From Azolla caroliniana (taxonomy: Eukaryota; Plantae; Polypodiophyta), in contig JBHGNT010000008.1 in assembly GCA_043228905.1 (NCBI GenBank), positions 10,354,001-10,418,000 on the forward strand: DNA of 64,000 bases, read 5' to 3'. The notes beneath the pieces are model-generated. The model was not told the DNA's origin. It saw only the letters and a list, made by a program, of their open reading frames with translations, and searched no databases. Each line of letters starts with the position of its first letter. Position 1 is the stretch's first letter. Of the stretch, positions 58,688 to 64,000 are shown piece after piece. The position numbers and the translations under genes are program-made.

Positions 58688-61600
58688 AGAGGGCTGCCAA
58701 GGCGTGGGGTCGCGACAGTCCGGACACTCCAGGAAAACCCCACAAATGTACGATAAAAGCGAAACCATAGAATCCTTGTACCATAAGTAGGAAGTTTTGT
58801 TTCTCCAACAACGGAGGGTGTACGATAGTCGGCGTCGTAGGTCGAGAAAAGACAAGGGCGGAAGAGCGACTTCGGGCGTGCAGAGTTCTCGGGCCCAGCG
58901 AGGAAATCAACGGAGCCATGGAGGCGGTTTCCTTCGACGATACCTTGGGAATACTGCGAGAGGTGGTCGGAGAGGGCCTTAAAGAGGACCGGACGATACC
59001 GGTTTGTTCGGAAGAGATGTACGGATTGGACGGCCCGGGTAAACACGAAGTACAAGACTGCGGACCGGAAGGTAAGGCCAGTCGCGGCACCCTTACCGGA
59101 GGGCAGCGAGTTACGAATCAAGGGGGTCGTGTCGGACCCTAGTTTACGTGATCCGGCCTGCATAGGACACACCTTCACCGACAGCATGCTACGGGAGCTC
59201 AAAATCGGTGGGGGCGGGTTCCTACTGCCGGCAGAAGAAGACCGGTTTCGGAGAATGCTCGGAAGGCACGGGAAAGCCTTCGCATTCTCGCCGGAAGAAA
59301 TCGGGTGCGTAGACCCGACAGTCGTGAAGCCGATGGTGATATTCACGGTACCGCATGTACCATGGAATCTCAAACCAATTTCGGTACCGAGAGCTCACAT
59401 CCTGGAGCTGATGGAGCTATTAAGGGAGAAAGTTGATATGGGCATCCTCGAACCGTCGAGTGCCCCGTACTCGAACCGGTGGTTTACTGTACCGAAGAAG
59501 AACGGGACATTGCGCTTCATTCAAGACCTGCAGCCGGTCAACAGAGTGACCATTCGGAATGCAGGAATCGGGCCAACGATAGACGAGTTCGCGGAGGCCT
59601 TCGCCGGAAGGTCGATCTACTCGGTCAGTGATCTGTACTCGGGGTACGATAAGTTCCAACTAGCCGTAGAGAGCAGAGACATTACGACGATGCGAACTCC
59701 TCTCGGCCTAGTGCGGATGTGCACCCTGCCGCAAGGAGGGACGAACTCGGTGGCCCACATGGTGAATGCGATGAACAAGGTGCTGAGGGATTGTATCCCG
59801 AACATCACCATGCCATTCTTGGATGACATCCCAATCAAGGGATGTCCGGTGGAGGAAAAGGACGAAACGATTGGACCGGACGGATGCCGTAAATTCGTGG
59901 CGACACACATTGATGACTGCGAGAGGGTGCTGCAGAGGCTAGAGGACACGAGGCTCACCTTCTCCGGGGAAAAATCGGCCTTCGGGCAATCAGAGATCAT
60001 GGTCGTCGGACATCTATGTGGAGCGTATGGCCGGAAACCGTCTCCGGCTAAGGTGGAAGCCATCTCCGCTATGAAGCCCGATTGTAACTCGGTCACGGAG
60101 GTACGGAGGTTCTTGGGAGCATGCGCGCTCTACCACATATGGATCCCGCATTACGCCCACGTTGCCGAGCCGCTATACGGGTTGCTGAAAAAGGGGCGAA
60201 AATTCGAGTGGCGAGACGAGCATGCGGAGTCGGTCCAAAAGATGAAGGAGGCTCTTGCTGCAGCTCCGGCACTCCAGAAGGTTGTCTACGAGAAAGACAC
60301 TCCCATCTACATAACGGTAGATACGAGTCCGACCGGAATCGGATGGGTTGTCAACCAAGAAGATGAGGACGGCATTCGGTTCCCAATTCGGTTCGGCACG
60401 AAGGTCCTCAGTGAGCGACAACGAGGATACGCCCAGGTTAAACGCGAACTCTGGGGTATCGTTTCGGCGGTGAAGGCCGATAAAGACTATTTGATTGGGA
60501 CAGAGGTGATTATCGAGACAGACTGCCTACCGATTCTCGGCATGGTTTCCGGATGCGCAACCCCGAACCTGGCAATGCTCAGGTGGATAGCGTACATCAA
60601 GTCCCTGGATCCGGAAATACGACACATTTCCGGGAAAGACAATGCCATGGCCGACATGCTTTCGAGGGCGCGATTCGACGACGAGGGCGGCATGGTTTCG
60701 GAGGACGAGGAAGTCGGCGTAGACTTCTTCGAGGCGGCTTACGTAACAACCGAGGGGGGAAGCACTCCGGCGCTTAACGATTTCAACGAGAGCAAGTACG
60801 ACGGGGAGTGGCTGCAGATTGGGGGATTCTTAAGGACAATGATGCCGGACGCATCGTGGACAAGGGACGAGGCCAACCGGATCCGGAAGAAAGCATACCG
60901 GTTCTTTCTCCGGGACGGATTCTTGTGGAAGCACCCGAAGAAGAGGGACGACATCCCGCTCCGAGTAGTGGCGATGAAGGAGGAACAGGAGGAATTGCTG
61001 AAAGCCTATCACGACAGCCCCTGGTCTGGGCACCGTGGGACGTGGGCCACGTTCGAGAAGCTGAAGGGGAAGTACTGGTGGCCGGGACTGTACTGGGACG
61101 TGCATCGGTTCGTGACAACTTGTGAGAGCTGTCAGATGCACTCCGTAATCCGACATCGGGACGAGCTTCACCCCACTTACCCTCCGGCCATCCACTTCAA
61201 ATGGATGGTAGATTTGGTGACGATGCTGATGGGCGTAGGGTAGATGCGATATCTGGTGCTGGCCCGGGAGGACCTAACGAACCAGGTGGAAGGCCGAGCC
61301 CTGCAGAACAAAACGACCGCGGTCGTGTGTCGGTTCCTGATCGAGGACGTGATATGCCGGTACGGGTGCGTCGGAAAGATCGTGGCGGACCGCGGGGAGT
61401 TGGACGCCGAAGAGGCCGAGGAGTTGTTCAACCGGTTGGGGGTCAAGCTCTCGCTCACCACAACATACAATCCGGAGGCAAACGGGAAGGTAGAGCGCGG
61501 GCGCGGGCGCGGGCACGGGCACGGGCGCGCGCGGAATGGACGATCTCCTCTTGGGCGACAGTAGACTGGAGTGATGAAATGAGTCGGGAAGAACTGCTCG

Positions 61601-62080
61601 CGGCGCGTATACGGCAGCTCGAGCGGAGGCCAGAGGACATGGAATGAGTGGCGGAGAGACTTCGGGCGGCGAGGATGAAGAACAAAGCCCGGTTCGACCG
61701 GACGCACCGGCTCCGACCAAAGAAAATCGAGGAAGGCGACTGGGTGCTAGTCTACGACAGCAGCCTCGATAACCAGCACCGAGCAACACGGAAGTTTGCA
61801 AAGCGGTGGTTTGGGCCTTACGTGGTAACGGGCGCCAACGACAACGGGACGTATCACTTGGCGGAACTCGACGGTACGAGGATGGCGATACCAGTGGCGG
61901 GAAAGCGGATCAAAGCGTTCAAGAAGCGCCACGACGGCGAACCGGATCTAAGAGGCCTGGACAACGACGATGATCAGTCTGAGGCGGAGGACGAACCGAT
62001 GGAAGAGGAACCGGAACCCGGGCCGTTTTTCTCCAACCAGAACCCAATTTTGGCGCATACCGGTGGATGCGTGGTTAAGT
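58678..62080 (+). pseudogene. Element E pol (RT, RNase H, integrase)
   Basis: 704-aa ORF 59129-61243 with 'FLDDIPIKG', 'TVDTSPTGIG' and HHCC; integrase core and 'WFGPY' downstream. Confidence 0.94.
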
Positions 62081-62742
62081 GGGGGCGGATGTCGTGAAGA
62101 AAACTGTCCCCTGGCGTAATCGGTGAATAGCACACAGGAACCGGCCCTTCACGTGTGCGCGCTCTTAATGTATATAATAGAGAATTAGGTATAGAGAGAG
62201 ATCCGGGGTAGTTAGATTCGGTAGGTAGGAAGTAAATGAGGGAGACGGCTCCCCTCTTGACGCTATAAAGGAGAGGGAGACGCAGGGAGAGAGAGATAGC
62301 GCATTGAGGAGGACGAAGTGCTGTCGGACCGGAACCGAACGCTTCTCCTATGTCTGTTCTTTGTTGCCCTTCTCTGCAGGTTTCGGGAGGCTCGCGCTGC
62401 TTCGAGGAACGCTCGTGTGCTTCCGGCAGCACCTCCATCCTATTCCCATTTCGTGCGTAGACGAACAGGCATCGGCATCTGTCCGCCGGCCTGTTCGGTT
62501 GTAGCCGCTCGCGTGTTTTGCTGTGTACTCGTTATTCGTTAATATACAAACACTTGTTTCTTCCTGTCTCTGTGTCTATTCGCGTCTTCTGTGTTGACGG
62601 GCCACGCCCCTGTGTTTCTTTGCTCATACGTGACCGAGCGTCTCTCTCCTTCTCTTTCCCCTTCTATCACTTGCTCTTCGGTTCAAGACCCCGGTGGTCC
62701 CGCCTTGTTTCTCCACACACGCGCGTAACAACGCGACAACGT

Positions 62743-63225
62743 TTCCCCTTTAGATCTCCCCAAAATATAGCACATGCATGCGCTTTCTCTTGCATTTGGA
62801 GAAATTTTTGAGTAACTTCCCATATTCTTCTCTTTCTTTGAATAAGCCTTTTGTACTCATGCAAATGCTTTTGGTAATTTTCCTTATCCTTAACAACATC
62901 CAAAATCATAAGGTGCTTTCGAGCTTCATGACATTCTTTATCAAACCATTTTTTCTTTGAACTACATTTCTAGATGCATTTCCAAGATGCGTGCATGGTC
63001 GAAAAACATTCATTTGCGCATGAGAGAATGACTTTCTTAAAAGCTTCCCATTTGAATTCTAGTGTGACACCATGTTGTATCTTTGTCATTTGTAAAATAT
63101 CCTCAACCATTTTGGAATACGTGGGTGCTCACTTAAGGTTCATCCTCAAGTGGGGTTGTTTATTATCTCCAATGGCCTTATCACAATCAAACCTATGCAT
63201 ACATTTGAGCTCAATACATAAAGCC
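62743..63225 (-). mobile_element. LINE ORF2, linker region upstream of RT
   Basis: 'KKWFDKECHEARK..YKRLIQRKRR..FWGDLK'; contiguous with 54760-55243 across the TSD of E. Confidence 0.72.
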
Positions 63226-63965
63226 TGTTGAGCGAGCAAGCTCAACTTGTGCCGGATCGGCTGAAGAAGCCGAGAGCCGGATTGGATGGAGATCGATCGG
63301 CTAGGCCCAGATGGCTGAATAAGTTGAAATCCAAATCAGTTTCTAGGCCGAATCAGATAGCTGAGTCGGACGAAATCCGATAGGTTGTTAGGGGCCTATA
63401 TTCCTATTTTAATTAATAGGAATATTACTGGTAGAGTTAGTGTCAAGCTCATTCATGAGCATTTAAGTACTAATAGTACTTGTGTTAACCCACTCATCGG
63501 GGCGTCTATAAAAAGTGCTCATTGAGCACACTGTATGTACACAGAACATTTTGCTAATAGAAGATTGTTGTTTTTTGCTCTATCTACCTCTCTCTCACTG
63601 TGTATTTCCATTCTCTATGTTTACCTAACTGTTATACTTCTGAATAACCGACTGTGTGTTCGGTGTTTTGCATAAGCTTTCGCACTTATCTTTTAGATGG
63701 TATCAGATCACGAGGGTTGAACATCCTTGTTGTCGACAAGCGCTTTCAACACAGAAACAAAGAGGTTCTTTTCGAACAACATGAACATGGACAGAGGAAT
63801 GGGAAGCTTGATAGAAGCAACTATGCATCTTGGTCGTACAAGATGCACCTGTACCTTCTTGGACACAGGTACTCGAGCTATTTCGAAGGAGCTAATGATG
63901 CAACACCATATTCGACACACAGAGACTTCCCAGCCTGAGAACAAGCGGCAAGCAGAGTTCCCTAC
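63226..63965 (+). mobile_element. Ty1/Copia (I family) 5' LTR, PBS and gag start; interrupted at ~63966 by further LTR starts
   Basis: LTR 63226-63697; PBS TGGTATCAGA at 63698; 'KLDRSNYASWSYKMHLYLLGH'; then TGTTGGGAAT and TGTCGTGAA, resembling the H and E LTR starts. Confidence 0.85.
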
Positions 63966-64000
63966 TGTTGGGAATTGTCGTGAAAAATGCGGAATAATCT

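Larger units (their letters stand above)
55244..62738 (+). mobile_element. Element E: full-length tRNA-Trp-primed Ty3/Gypsy
   Basis: 649-bp LTRs 55244-55892 and 62090-62738; 4-bp TSD ACGT; PBS TGGTGAACCCGACGTGAA at 55897-55914; PPT AAGTGGGGGCGGA. Confidence 0.96.

Overview
Eukaryotic, plant-type DNA, by inference a non-seed land plant. Most of the window is nested, decayed retrotransposons around one intact host gene (37842-40070), an intronless-CDS protein with four degenerate RRM-like repeats and a probable 5'UTR intron. Ty3/Gypsy content: a tRNA-Trp-primed family (A, 1.3-17.6 kb, fragmented; E, 55244-62738, complete, 4-bp TSD) and an Athila/Phygy-like non-chromovirus family with an extra 3' ORF (B 7421-15439; C 20169-29599 with TSD ATAAT; D 3' part only; X 3' part only, no recognisable extra ORF). 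Also present are at least six Ty1/Copia elements or fragments, two solo LTRs, a 1.25-kb tRNA-Ala-primed TRIM-like element, LINE fragments and a DNA-transposase-like remnant. Main discovery candidate: B, C, D and X have no polypurine tract at the 3' LTR. Each instead carries a conserved 16-nt copy of a tRNA-Arg 3' end (TCCCACRGGCGTGCCA) ending 2-3 nt before the 3' LTR. This is a second, inverted primer-binding site and suggests tRNA-primed or tRNA-mimic plus-strand synthesis. All coordinates and tRNA identities come from reading by eye and recalled tRNA sequences; no searches were run.
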